Assembly: GCA_035318845.1 (NCBI GenBank)
Contig: DATHDV010000213.1
Span: 267-64,266 of the forward strand
From: Chitinophagaceae bacterium
GTDB lineage: Bacteria > Bacteroidota > Bacteroidia > Chitinophagales > Chitinophagaceae
Direction: 5' to 3'
Length of the DNA stretch: 64,000 nucleotides
Shown: positions 39,464 through 49,061 of the stretch, piece by piece
Layout: every line of letters starts with the position of its first letter
Position numbering within the stretch: position 1 is the stretch's first letter
Translations under genes and position numbers: made by a program
The notes under the pieces: model-generated
What the model was told of the DNA's origin: nothing
Database searches by the model: none
The model's input: only the letters and a program-made list of their open reading frames with translations

Positions 39464-41326
39464 ATGTTTCAAGAATACGATATTATAGTAGTTGGTGCCG
39501 GGCATGCTGGTTGCGAAGCTGCTGCCTCAGCTGCTAATCTTGGCTCACGTACCTTGTTGATAACCATGAATATGCAAACTATTGCCCAAATGAGCTGCAA
39601 TCCAGCAATGGGCGGGATTGCAAAAGGTCAGATAGTACGGGAAATTGATGCAATGGGTGGTTATTCAGGAATTGTGACCGATTTGTCCACCATTCAATTC
39701 AGAATGTTGAACAGGAGTAAGGGTCCAGCCATGTGGAGCCCCAGAGCACAAAACGACCGAATGCTTTTTTCCATTAAGTGGCGGGAGATGCTCGAGCAAA
39801 CACCAAATCTTGATTTTTACCAAGATATGGTAAAAGCGCTTTTGGTAAAAGATGGGAAATGCACCGGAGTCATAACCGGTTTAGGACATCAGATAAAAGC
39901 AAAATCCGTGGTGCTTACTAACGGTACTTTTTTGAATGGAATCGTTCATATTGGGGAAAAGAATTTTGGCGGAGGAAGAATGGCAGAAAAAGCTGCTACG
40001 GGCATCACGGAACAATTAGTTTCTCTTGGTTTTGAAAGCGATCGGCTGAAAACCGGAACACCGCCGAGGATCGATGGCCGAAGCCTTGATTATAGTAAAA
40101 TGGAAGAACAGAAAGGAGATGACGAAGTGGTTGGTTTTTCTTTTTTGGAAACAGAAAAACCAAAACAACAAAGAAGTTGCTGGATAACTTATACCAATCA
40201 AACAGTTCATGATGTGTTAAAAACCGGGTTTAGCAGAAGCCCAATGTTTGCCGGGCGAATTGATGGGGTGGGGCCCAGGTATTGTCCGAGTATTGAAGAC
40301 AAAATCAATCGCTTTGCTGAAAGAGAAAGACATCAACTTTTCATTGAACCGGAAGGATGGAATACGGTTGAGATTTATGTGAATGGGTTTTCAACATCAT
40401 TACCGGAAGAAATTCAATACGAAGCTCTTCGTAATATCATGGGTTTTGAAAAAGTAAAAATGTTTCGTCCTGGTTATGCAATTGAGTATGATTTTTTTCC
40501 ACCAACACAACTAAAGTACACCCTCGAAACAAAACTGATACAAAACTTATTTTTTGCCGGTCAGATAAACGGCACCACCGGGTATGAAGAGGCCGCTTGC
40601 CAGGGATTAATGGCCGGCATCAATGCGCATCAAAAAATTAAAAACCTTGAACCAGTTATTTTAAAAAGAAGTGATGCGTATATCGGTGTGTTAATTGACG
40701 ATCTGATCAGCAAAGGAACTCAAGAACCCTATAGGATGTTCACATCACGGGCAGAATTCAGAACATTGCTCCGGCAGGATAATGCTGATTTGCGTCTGAC
40801 AGAATTAAGCTATCGTCTTGGCCTTGCATCCCAGGAAAGAATGGACAAGGTGATAACGAAAAGAAATAGTGTAGAGGAAATAAAATCGATATTAAAAGAA
40901 TTTGCTGTAGAGCCAGAAGAGATTAATACATATTTTATTTCGATAAATTCTTCCCCGATAACCGAAAAACAAAAAGCACAAAAGATATTGCTTCGCCCAG
41001 ATGTGGAGTTGGATGAATTAGCTGACACCCTGCCAAAGCTAAAAGAGGTATTAAAACAATATTCAAAAGATGCGATTGAACAGGCATCCATTCAAGTCAA
41101 ATATGAAGTATATATAGAAAAGGAAAAAGAGCTGGTGCAGCGCATGAGTCAGCTGGAAGAGCTAGAAATACCCGAAACATTTGATTATAAAAAAATTATT
41201 TCTTTAGGCAACGAAGCCCGGGAAAAATTAACACGTATTAAACCCCGGACACTGGGACAGGCCAGCCGCATCTCAGGCATTAATCCCAGTGATGTGCAGA
41301 TATTGATGGTTTTTATGGGAAGATGA
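39464..41326 (+). CDS. mnmG: tRNA uridine-5-carboxymethylaminomethyl(34) synthesis enzyme
   Basis: VVGAGHAGCEAA, MSCNPAMGG, KTGTPPR, GPRYCPSIEDK, GQINGTTGYEEAA. Confidence 0.98.
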   Translation: MFQEYDIIVVGAGHAGCEAAASAANLGSRTLLITMNMQTIAQMSCNPAMGGIAKGQIVREIDAMGGYSGIVTDLSTIQFRMLNRSKGPAMWSPRAQNDRMLFSIKWREMLEQTPNLDFYQDMVKALLVKDGKCTGVITGLGHQIKAKSVVLTNGTFLNGIVHIGEKNFGGGRMAEKAATGITEQLVSLGFESDRLKTGTPPRIDGRSLDYSKMEEQKGDDEVVGFSFLETEKPKQQRSCWITYTNQTVHDVLKTGFSRSPMFAGRIDGVGPRYCPSIEDKINRFAERERHQLFIEPEGWNTVEIYVNGFSTSLPEEIQYEALRNIMGFEKVKMFRPGYAIEYDFFPPTQLKYTLETKLIQNLFFAGQINGTTGYEEAACQGLMAGINAHQKIKNLEPVILKRSDAYIGVLIDDLISKGTQEPYRMFTSRAEFRTLLRQDNADLRLTELSYRLGLASQERMDKVITKRNSVEEIKSILKEFAVEPEEINTYFISINSSPITEKQKAQKILLRPDVELDELADTLPKLKEVLKQYSKDAIEQASIQVKYEVYIEKEKELVQRMSQLEELEIPETFDYKKIISLGNEAREKLTRIKPRTLGQASRISGINPSDVQILMVFMGR

Positions 41327-41334
41327 TAATGTTA

Positions 41335-42774
41335 TTACCCGGCAAATGAACCTTTAATTTCAAGCTCTCTTCCTGTCAAAGTATTATTCTTCACTCCCAT
41401 TATTAACCCTCTGCATTGAGAACTTCCACATTGGCATTGAAACGGCTCCATATTTTCATCAAGAAATTCAGCATAATCTAGTGTCAGCTCTTCGCCTTTA
41501 GGTATTTTTTTTAAAGCGATTTCATTGAGCCCGTCAAAAGTAGTATTGGGATCGCAACTGTGGTTTTGAGGAGCCCATTCGGATGGGTCGTCATCCCAAA
41601 GAATAAAAAGTTCTTCACTGACGGGATAGGCATAACGGCGGAAATGCAGTTTTTCATCCTCGTTCCAGTTCTTTTCAACAAATCGTTTGGTAATGACCCG
41701 CTGCGATTTGCCTTCGCCTTTAAAAATAATTTCTCCCTCTTTAATATCGCGGTTTGCATAGATACCATAACCCGCAATGGAGTTGCCCTTCATTGTATAG
41801 GGTTTCATTTTCCTTTTATGGCGGGCAATGCCTTCTGCTATTATATGTCGTAAAAAACCATCCTGACCGATAGCATCATATTTCAACACAAAATCCGCCG
41901 AACCTTCATAACCGTCTTTATAGAAGACAGAGCAAGTAAGGTTCATTTCCAGAAAATAAACTTCTCTTTTGTCGTTTACTCTGAAATCGAGGCGGCCATA
42001 TCCAACTGCATTTACTGCTTTAAACATTTTCTCTGCCGCCTGCCGAATTTTTTTATCCAACTCTTCATCTGTACATGGAAAATTACATTCCGGGTGCAAT
42101 TCTGAAGTTTTTAATGAATAGGTTTTAAACTCTTTCCCTTCGGGAAATAAATATTCCACCGGAAGAAAAACAGTACAACTATGACCGTCGGGATTGGCAG
42201 CAACAAGTGCCGTGAATTCTCTGCCGGCAATATATTCCTCCACCAGCAGTGGCCCATATTCCTGAATGATGCTTTTTACTTTGCTTATTAGCTCTCCTTT
42301 AGTATGCACCAGCGAATGTTCATCCACGCCAAGACTGTCGCCCGCATGTGCCGGCTTTACAAACAATGGAAATTTTAAACTCCTTACTGCTTCATCCAGG
42401 TCTTTCATTTCATTAACCAAAACAAATCCCGGGGTAGTTACGCCTTCGCAGTAAGCAATATATTTCATCAGCTCTTTGGGTACATCATATAACTTGGTGC
42501 CGGGGCCTGTAAAAGGGAGGCTAAGTGATTCCATGGAAAATGTAACATCTATACCCGGTATTTCCCACTCCGGGTATCCTTCGCAAAGGTTTACGAAAAT
42601 GTCATACCCTTCTTTACTAAGTTCTTTTAGCTGCCTGAATGTAGTGAGTTTGTTCAGAAATACATTATGCACCTCATGCTCTGGTATAAGCGGGGCCAGT
42701 TCCCTTGGAGGGTCCCAATTCTTATAATCAACACCAGTGGTGGAGTAGTCGGGTTGCAGAACACAAACTTTCAT
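41335..42774 (-). CDS. Ddl-like ATP-grasp ligase fused to a C-terminal SET + post-SET domain
   Basis: ATP-grasp LFVKPAHAGDSLGV, VEEYIAGREF, GYGRLDFR, LEMN; SET IAGYGIYA, QNHSCDPN, EELTLDY; post-SET CQCGSSQC. Confidence 0.88.
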   Translation of the reverse strand: MKVCVLQPDYSTTGVDYKNWDPPRELAPLIPEHEVHNVFLNKLTTFRQLKELSKEGYDIFVNLCEGYPEWEIPGIDVTFSMESLSLPFTGPGTKLYDVPKELMKYIAYCEGVTTPGFVLVNEMKDLDEAVRSLKFPLFVKPAHAGDSLGVDEHSLVHTKGELISKVKSIIQEYGPLLVEEYIAGREFTALVAANPDGHSCTVFLPVEYLFPEGKEFKTYSLKTSELHPECNFPCTDEELDKKIRQAAEKMFKAVNAVGYGRLDFRVNDKREVYFLEMNLTCSVFYKDGYEGSADFVLKYDAIGQDGFLRHIIAEGIARHKRKMKPYTMKGNSIAGYGIYANRDIKEGEIIFKGEGKSQRVITKRFVEKNWNEDEKLHFRRYAYPVSEELFILWDDDPSEWAPQNHSCDPNTTFDGLNEIALKKIPKGEELTLDYAEFLDENMEPFQCQCGSSQCRGLIMGVKNNTLTGRELEIKGSFAG

Positions 42775-42816
42775 GTCACACTAAGGTAATAACTAGTCAA
42801 ATATAAAAACGGATAT

Positions 42817-43977
42817 TTATTTAACAGTAATCGTCTTCCTGGTTTTTGAAGTCCTTGTCTTTTTAACTACGACCGGCTTGACAATGCTTCTTCTCAATGC
42901 ATCTTTCAATATCTCGGTAATGATCTCCGTAAAGGATACATTAGAGACTTTTAAAATAGCCCCGATAGATGTGTAGTTTTCGTCTTCGCTTAATCCGCAT
43001 TGAGCATTAACCTCCAGCATGTATAGTTTGCCGGTATGTGAATCCTGCCTTATATCAATCCGGGTATAACCTTTTCCGCTACAGGATATATAAGCGTCCA
43101 TACTCAACTTCTTCAGTGCGGGGATCAGGGATGGTTCAACCGGACCGTATTCATAAAAGTTTCCGTTCTCCGGCATCGGGGTTTCATCTTCATAGATCTC
43201 CCAAAGACGGTCGAAGGATAAAAATTTCTCTGCCTCCGGCAGTGATTCATGAAAATTTCTCTTTACCGGTTCATATACTATGCAATTATTGGGATCGTCA
43301 GCTGAGCCGGTAATAAATGTAGTGTATTCAGGACCCGTAATGAATTGTTCAACAAACAAACCATCAACCAATAAGTTCCAGCCATGATAGCCTTTGTATA
43401 TTTCTTCAACTCTTTTTGCCAGTTCTTCCTCGCTTTGAACAACATTTTTAACGGATACACCCATGCTGCCGCCGGAAACTGCCGGTTTAATAATTATCGG
43501 AGTCCCCACTCTTTTACAAATTCCTTTTGTTGAGCCTTTCTTATCGGTGATCACTCTCCAGTTAGCCGTAGATACCCCCGCTTTATCAAAAGCCTTCTTC
43601 ATAGGGATCTTGGAAGTGGTCGTATTGTAAAAATATGCGTCGGAGCCGGTATAGATCAATCCATATTTTTCCAATTCATGAATAACGGAGACCCCGGGAG
43701 TTCCATTCACTTCATCCCCATCACAGAGGTTTAATATTAATGGTGTTTTTCCATTGGAGCTAACAGCGATCGACCGGATAATTTCCTTATAATTATCCAT
43801 CGTGACCGGTTGCCATTTCCATTGGGTTTTTAATTCCTCAAAAACGCTGGTAAACTCCTGTATGCTTTGAGAAAAGTCATAGTAATGCTGAATATTGGGA
43901 TCATCTGACTCCAGGTGAGGGGCCAGCACCCAAATCGTATATGGCTTCAGCAATCGAATGGCTTCAGATGTTTTCAT
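42817..43977 (-). CDS. Ddl-like ATP-grasp ligase
   Basis: NLCDG, IIIKPAVSGGSMGV, VEQFITGPEY, GYTRIDIR, LEVNAQCG; basic C-terminal tail. Confidence 0.88.
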   Translation of the reverse strand: MKTSEAIRLLKPYTIWVLAPHLESDDPNIQHYYDFSQSIQEFTSVFEELKTQWKWQPVTMDNYKEIIRSIAVSSNGKTPLILNLCDGDEVNGTPGVSVIHELEKYGLIYTGSDAYFYNTTTSKIPMKKAFDKAGVSTANWRVITDKKGSTKGICKRVGTPIIIKPAVSGGSMGVSVKNVVQSEEELAKRVEEIYKGYHGWNLLVDGLFVEQFITGPEYTTFITGSADDPNNCIVYEPVKRNFHESLPEAEKFLSFDRLWEIYEDETPMPENGNFYEYGPVEPSLIPALKKLSMDAYISCSGKGYTRIDIRQDSHTGKLYMLEVNAQCGLSEDENYTSIGAILKVSNVSFTEIITEILKDALRRSIVKPVVVKKTRTSKTRKTITVK

Positions 43978-43981
43978 ACAC

Positions 43982-44491
43982 TCAGGCTACTTTCTTCCTG
44001 ACCGAACGTTTGGCCAGTTGGCTTTGAATAAAATCAGTAAAGCGATATTTTTCCTGTGCCTCTTTGGAGAGAAAAGCAGCTCCCCTGATTTCTCCCAAAC
44101 AATGAGAGCTTCCGCAATAACACCGGAATGACTGTGTCATTTTCCATTCGGTAGATGGATAAAAAAATGTCATTTCCTCTTCGCATTTCAGGGGCTTCAA
44201 TGCCACCAGGTTCATAGCCGTGGTGTCAAAGAACACATTGGGATCGCAACTGTGATTGATGTACTGCAAAAACACAGGGTCAAACGTAATGTGTTTACGA
44301 ATGCCTAACTGGATTGTCAGGTAAGTTGGTTCTGCAGAGATAGTGCCGGCAGAAAAATTGGCAATGATATCGCCGGGCTTATAAGAACGGAGAGAAAACA
44401 ATGCGTTTTGTCCGTTCGATAATTTTCTTCGCATTTCAGCAATTCCATGATTGCTTATCATGCGGTAAGCAGGGGTAGTTAGTGTTTCCAT
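43982..44491 (-). CDS. Stand-alone SET domain methyltransferase with post-SET
   Basis: QYINHSCDPN, EEMTFFY, CYCGSSHC. Confidence 0.9.
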   Translation of the reverse strand: METLTTPAYRMISNHGIAEMRRKLSNGQNALFSLRSYKPGDIIANFSAGTISAEPTYLTIQLGIRKHITFDPVFLQYINHSCDPNVFFDTTAMNLVALKPLKCEEEMTFFYPSTEWKMTQSFRCYCGSSHCLGEIRGAAFLSKEAQEKYRFTDFIQSQLAKRSVRKKVA

Positions 44492-44685
44492 AAAATGAGT
44501 TAGTAAGTAATTAACCGAAAAGATATAGATAAACTTTTATGTAACAAATTTTATAGCGTCAAATGTGAATAATTAATAACTAATGTGGAATATGAATGAT
44601 GTATGATCATCGTGTTTGATTATTCATTTCATCATCATAAAGTCTATTCATTGCTTCAATATCGATTTTAACAACTGATTCATTG

Positions 44686-44693
44686 TACATTTG
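44686..44693 (+). promoter_or_regulatory. -7 promoter element TACATTTG for the truncated gene at 44741
   Basis: Consensus match. Confidence 0.5.
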
Positions 44694-44740
44694 CCGTTTG
44701 TTTTTAAAATAAACATTTATCATCTGCCCTGGTATAAACA

Positions 44741-45082
44741 ATGGTGCGAAAGATCGTTTCCATAATTTGTTCTTTATTAATTGGATTAGCTGAAATGAAG
44801 GCCCAGTGCGGTTCCGGTATCATCAGCTTTCCATACAACGAGGGATTTGAAACAAGCGATGGCGGATGGGTCTCCGGTGGCGCTGGTAATGATTGGGCAT
44901 GGGGTTCACCATCAAAACCAGTTATCTCAACAGCTGGCGGTGGAACAAAATGCTGGATCGTTGGTGGATTAACCGGCAGTTCTTATACTAATGCTGAAGC
45001 TTCATGGTTGCAAAGCCCTTGCTTTGATTTTACTTCTGTTCAAAGGGAATTAAGAATAGGAACGGTCATGTTAATCCGGTGA
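44741..45082 (+). pseudogene. Truncated secreted protein (N-terminus resembling large T9SS-cargo surface proteins)
   Basis: Signal peptide and FPYNEGFE..GGW..GG...DWAWG.P.K...W......Y...E.SWLQSPCFDF, then an abrupt unrelated 12-aa tail overlapping the convergent helicase stop. Confidence 0.6.
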
Positions 45083-47620
45083 TCTTTCCTGGGAAATTCC
45101 AAGACCGGCCATTACCAGTTTTATTTCACCGTAGCTAATACCTTCGCCAAGTTTTTGTTTTACAGGAGTAACGGATGTTCCGTCAAAATCTTTCAGCGCC
45201 GATTCGATCAATATGAATTTCTCCCTGCTTACCAGTTCATGAATACTTATATCACCGCGACGGACGAATTTCGCCAGGTGGCCTTCAATAGTATTGCTGG
45301 TCAGGTTTCTTTCTTTTGCGATATCAGCTATGTTTTTTCCTTCTTTATATAAACGGAATGATTCGGCATGGGTATCGCCTTTCTTTTTGGCCGGACCGGT
45401 TCTTTCCTTTTTTTCCCGCTTTGGGGATTTCTCATGAATCAACGATGAAAGATCGTATTCTTTGCTGTATGCCAGGATCACATCGAGGAACTGCTGACCA
45501 TATTGCCCGATCTTGGCATCTCCAAAACCACTGATCTTCCTGAGTTCGGCTAAGGTTTGTGGCAAATACATGGCCATTTCATCGATCGTGTTGCTTCCGG
45601 CTACAATATATATAGGTATGTCTTTCCGGGAACAAATGGTATCCCGCAACTTTCTTAATTGCTGGTGAAGTACAGGATGGGGGCTTTCCGCTTTTTTCTG
45701 ATTGGCTCCCGCATAAGCATTTACTGAAATAGAGGGCAGAACAAATTTTTGTTTGCGCTGATGAAAGGCTTCTGTATTAAATCCTTCCGTGAATCCTTCG
45801 AACATAAATTTCTTCATGGCAAGCTGAGCAAAAATTTCCCGCAGACTTTCATTGTATTCTTTGGAATGAAGACGACTGTCGGTAACCGCCGGAGATTGTT
45901 GTATATATTGAATCAGTGAGGCGGTCTCCGTTACAAAATAGCCGGCCGCTGCTTTTATTCTTTCCTGTAAAAGCTGGTTGGTTTCCGGAGCCTCCGCCTG
46001 AAGAAATAATGAATTCAGTTGTGTGTGAAATCTCTTGCCGGTTTCCTGCAGCTTGTCCATTTTGTACAATAGTTCTTCTGTCCATGAATATGATTCGGAA
46101 TTGAATGACGAAACATGTTCCAGCAAAAATTCCAGTAGTTCTTTTCCGCTATTGACGGCGACTGAAAAATCAAAGCAGTTGATCAATACGGCAAGCTGGT
46201 AACTTCTTTTTGCAATAGCCAATTCCTGTTGCAACTGGCCGCTTGAGGCACTTCTTTGAGAAAATTCCACAATTCTTGTATCGCTGAAAAGCCTCGATGA
46301 TCTTACCCGGCTTTGCAAGATCATTCCTTCGAGGTTCGTGCAACGACTCAACGCTACATACACCTGCCCGGGAGCGAATGCTTCCCCGGCATCAATGATG
46401 GCTTTTTCAAAAGTCAGTCCCTGGCTTTTATGAATTGTAATGGCCCAGGCCAGACGCAAAGGATATTGAGTAAACGAACCCAATACATCTGAATCTAATT
46501 GCCGGGTTGTTTTATTTAATGTATAGCGGATATTTTCCCATTTTTCTTTTGACACTTCAATTTCGTCGTCCCCGTCATCGCACTGAACAAATATTTTATT
46601 GGCTTCCAGCTTCGTAACGGTGCCGATCTTTCCATTGAAGTATCTTTTGCCTTTTTCGGATGAATCATTCCTGATAAACATTACCTGCGCTCCGGTCTTC
46701 AGATACAATATTTGTTCGGCGGGATAAGCCCTGTCCGAAAATTCATCCTGGACTTCTGCTTCATAAGAAAAAAGCGGGGTGGTCAGGTTCCCGAGTTCAT
46801 TGGCGTTTATTTCAAACGCTTTATTATTATGTGTGGTTAGAATAATATAACCATCCTGTTTGCGGCGGCGGAAATTGGGTTGAAAACGGCTTTCCAGAAT
46901 TTTCATTCCTTCTTCATCCAGTTCATTATTGCGGACCTGGTTAAGGAGTCCAATGAATTGCTCGTCACTTTGCCGGTATATCTTATTGAATTCAATATAA
47001 ACGGGTGGCTCTTCCTGCAAAACTTTGCTATCAAAAAAATACTGGCCGCTGTAATATTCAGACAATAAACTCCATTCCTGTTCTTTGATCACCGGGGGCA
47101 ACTGCAGCATATCACCAATAAATAAAACCTGGACGCCGCCAAATCTCCCGGCAGGTTGTTGTCTTACATGACGAAGTACGGTATCGATAGCGTCTAATGT
47201 ATCGCAACGGACCATACTGATCTCATCAATGATCAGCAGTTCCAGTTGTTGAATTACTTTTTTCTTTTCGTTGTTAAACCGTAAGCGGCTGATGAGACTA
47301 TGTTTAGTAGAAATTTCTTGCAGCGCAGGAGAAAACCCGGTTCCATTTGTTTCGGGAATGAATGGCGAGAGCGGCAATTGAAAAAATGAATGTATGGTTA
47401 CGCCGCCCGCATTAATGGCTGCCACGCCTGTAGGCGCTACGATGGCTATTTGCTTGGGGCAGTTTTGCCGGATATATTTTAAAAAAGTTGTTTTGCCTGT
47501 ACCGGCTTTGCCGGTAAGGAATATATTCCGGTTGCTTTGATTGACTAACTGGATAGCCAGCTGGAACATCTCATTGGTAGTATCGGGAATAAATGAAGCC
47601 ACAGATAATTTTTTTGCCAC
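45071..47620 (-). CDS. PIF1/RecD-like SF1 helicase with HRDC and C-terminal helix-turn-helix domains
   Basis: FLTGKAGTGKTT, IIDEISMV, GDMLQLPPV, AWAITIHKSQGLT, YVALSRC; HRDC ELRKISGFG; HTH. Start may be 47569-47620. Confidence 0.92.
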   Translation of the reverse strand: MAKKLSVASFIPDTTNEMFQLAIQLVNQSNRNIFLTGKAGTGKTTFLKYIRQNCPKQIAIVAPTGVAAINAGGVTIHSFFQLPLSPFIPETNGTGFSPALQEISTKHSLISRLRFNNEKKKVIQQLELLIIDEISMVRCDTLDAIDTVLRHVRQQPAGRFGGVQVLFIGDMLQLPPVIKEQEWSLLSEYYSGQYFFDSKVLQEEPPVYIEFNKIYRQSDEQFIGLLNQVRNNELDEEGMKILESRFQPNFRRRKQDGYIILTTHNNKAFEINANELGNLTTPLFSYEAEVQDEFSDRAYPAEQILYLKTGAQVMFIRNDSSEKGKRYFNGKIGTVTKLEANKIFVQCDDGDDEIEVSKEKWENIRYTLNKTTRQLDSDVLGSFTQYPLRLAWAITIHKSQGLTFEKAIIDAGEAFAPGQVYVALSRCTNLEGMILQSRVRSSRLFSDTRIVEFSQRSASSGQLQQELAIAKRSYQLAVLINCFDFSVAVNSGKELLEFLLEHVSSFNSESYSWTEELLYKMDKLQETGKRFHTQLNSLFLQAEAPETNQLLQERIKAAAGYFVTETASLIQYIQQSPAVTDSRLHSKEYNESLREIFAQLAMKKFMFEGFTEGFNTEAFHQRKQKFVLPSISVNAYAGANQKKAESPHPVLHQQLRKLRDTICSRKDIPIYIVAGSNTIDEMAMYLPQTLAELRKISGFGDAKIGQYGQQFLDVILAYSKEYDLSSLIHEKSPKREKKERTGPAKKKGDTHAESFRLYKEGKNIADIAKERNLTSNTIEGHLAKFVRRGDISIHELVSREKFILIESALKDFDGTSVTPVKQKLGEGISYGEIKLVMAGLGISQERSPD

Positions 47621-47761
47621 TAATTACACGAATGTCACGAAAATTAAACCAATTAAATACAGAATAACAACGCCTGCGGCGGTGATTTTAAGCACAATTG
47701 TTATAAGAATTTTAATTAGAACAAAAAGACGATTCTTCGTGGCACTCGTGCAATTCGTGGT
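47616..47761. repeat. 9-bp-periodic inverted repeat (CCACTAATTACACGAATGTCACGAA / TTCGTGGCACTCGTGCAATTCGTGG) around a ~95-bp AT-rich spacer
   Basis: 25-bp arms with about 21 matches. Confidence 0.75.
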
Positions 47762-47770
47762 CAGTCCGCT

Positions 47771-48118
47771 TTATGCATCTGTGGTCTTCGCACCCAGCAT
47801 CAGTAACTCATTCACCTGGATCTCGGTGATATATTTTTTGTTGCCTTCTTTATCATTATAGCTGCGGCTGATCAGCTTGCCTTCAATAGCAACTTCTTTT
47901 CCTTTGCCAAGGTACTTTTCAACGATCTCGGCCACTTTACCCCATGCCACCAGGTTGTGCCATTGTGTTTCAGTTACTTTCTCGCCTTTAGCGTTGCGAT
48001 AGCTTTCGCTGGTGGCCACGCTGAAGCGGGCCATCTTTTTACCACTTTCCAATGTTTTCACTTCTGGTGCGTTGCCCAGGTTACCGATCAATTGAACTTT
48101 GTTTTTTAATGCGTACAT
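47771..48118 (-). CDS. ssb: Single-stranded DNA-binding protein (short form)
   Basis: NKVQLIGNLGNAPE, FSVATSE, TQWHNLVAWGK, YITEI; no long acidic tail. Start moved to ATG 48118. Confidence 0.95.
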   Translation of the reverse strand: MYALKNKVQLIGNLGNAPEVKTLESGKKMARFSVATSESYRNAKGEKVTETQWHNLVAWGKVAEIVEKYLGKGKEVAIEGKLISRSYNDKEGNKKYITEIQVNELLMLGAKTTDA

Positions 48119-48279
48119 AATTTTAAGTTTTGTGTCCCGACACGGTCGGAACGGTTTTTTAAATTTTGTTATCTCAATCAACCGGCGACGTCTTAACCGA
48201 TCGACAACACAAAGATGATAGTGCCGGAAAGCCGGATTCGGTTTTTACCCGTTTCTTCCCGAAGCTAACCGTGTAAATA

Positions 48280-48295
48280 CGTTTGCACACGGATA
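48280..48295. repeat. 16-bp direct repeat copy 1, CGTTTGCACACGGATA
   Basis: Identical to 49992-50007; quasi-palindromic core CCGTTTGCACACGG. Confidence 0.85.
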
Positions 48296-48524
48296 TTTGT
48301 TTTTTCTGGATATTTTCATAGCTTTCATTATTAAAATTCCCCCTATTTAAAGTAAGCGTTTATAAGCTGGCGAATGTCCGCTTGCATGCATGTGATCCGG
48401 CCGGGTATTTTTGGGTTTGCCCGAAAGAAAATCACTAACCCTCTGTCATTATACGGGATTGTCTTTGGAACATAGAAAGCAAAAAACTTGAACCGACCAT
48501 TTATAACCATTAAACTTAAATTTT

Positions 48525-48983
48525 ATGCTAACGACAAATCAAATCAAAGCGAAGTATGGCGAACCCGGGCCATCAAATCTGATCATGATAACTTTTCCCT
48601 ATCCGATGAAAATTGCCTGGGATTTAAAAAGCATCGCCACAAAAACCCAATGTCATAAACTGGTTGCGCCAAAATTTAAACTGGTTTTTGATGACTTGTT
48701 GGCAACATACGGGTTACCCGAACTACAGAGACTCGGAATTGATCTGTTTGGTGGTCTTTATAATTTCCGTAAACAACGGAATGGAAACGATTGGTCACGA
48801 CATGCGTGGGGAATTGCCATTGACCTTGATCCGGCGCGGAATGCCTTAAAACAGACTTCTAAAACGGCTCAGTTTGCCAAGCCCGAGTATAAGCCAATGA
48901 TTGATATTTTCTATAAACATGGATTCCTGGGATTGGGGCCAGAGAAGAACTATGACTGGATGCATTTCGAAATTGGATCTTAA
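48525..48983 (+). CDS. M15-family peptidoglycan metallopeptidase (endolysin-like)
   Basis: Zn motif SRHAWGIAID (SxHx6D) and DWMHFE; upstream GGLYNFR; no signal peptide. Confidence 0.85.
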   Translation: MLTTNQIKAKYGEPGPSNLIMITFPYPMKIAWDLKSIATKTQCHKLVAPKFKLVFDDLLATYGLPELQRLGIDLFGGLYNFRKQRNGNDWSRHAWGIAIDLDPARNALKQTSKTAQFAKPEYKPMIDIFYKHGFLGLGPEKNYDWMHFEIGS

Positions 48984-49061
48984 TAAATAAAGAATAAAAT
49001 GTGCCGTCGATTTTGACACCTGCAAGTAAAAAATATTATTTCCTTTTTAAAAAATAAATTT

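Noticed and set aside
41335-43977. Annotation as housekeeping D-Ala-D-Ala ligase (ddl)
   Set aside because: No Ddl N-terminal GGxSxEHxVS motif, altered EVNTxPG motif, SET fusion and no dcw context
48400-48430. GGGCAAACCC on the minus strand resembling a c-di-GMP-I riboswitch start
   Set aside because: No GAAA-capped P2 stem or downstream GACGCAAAGC motif
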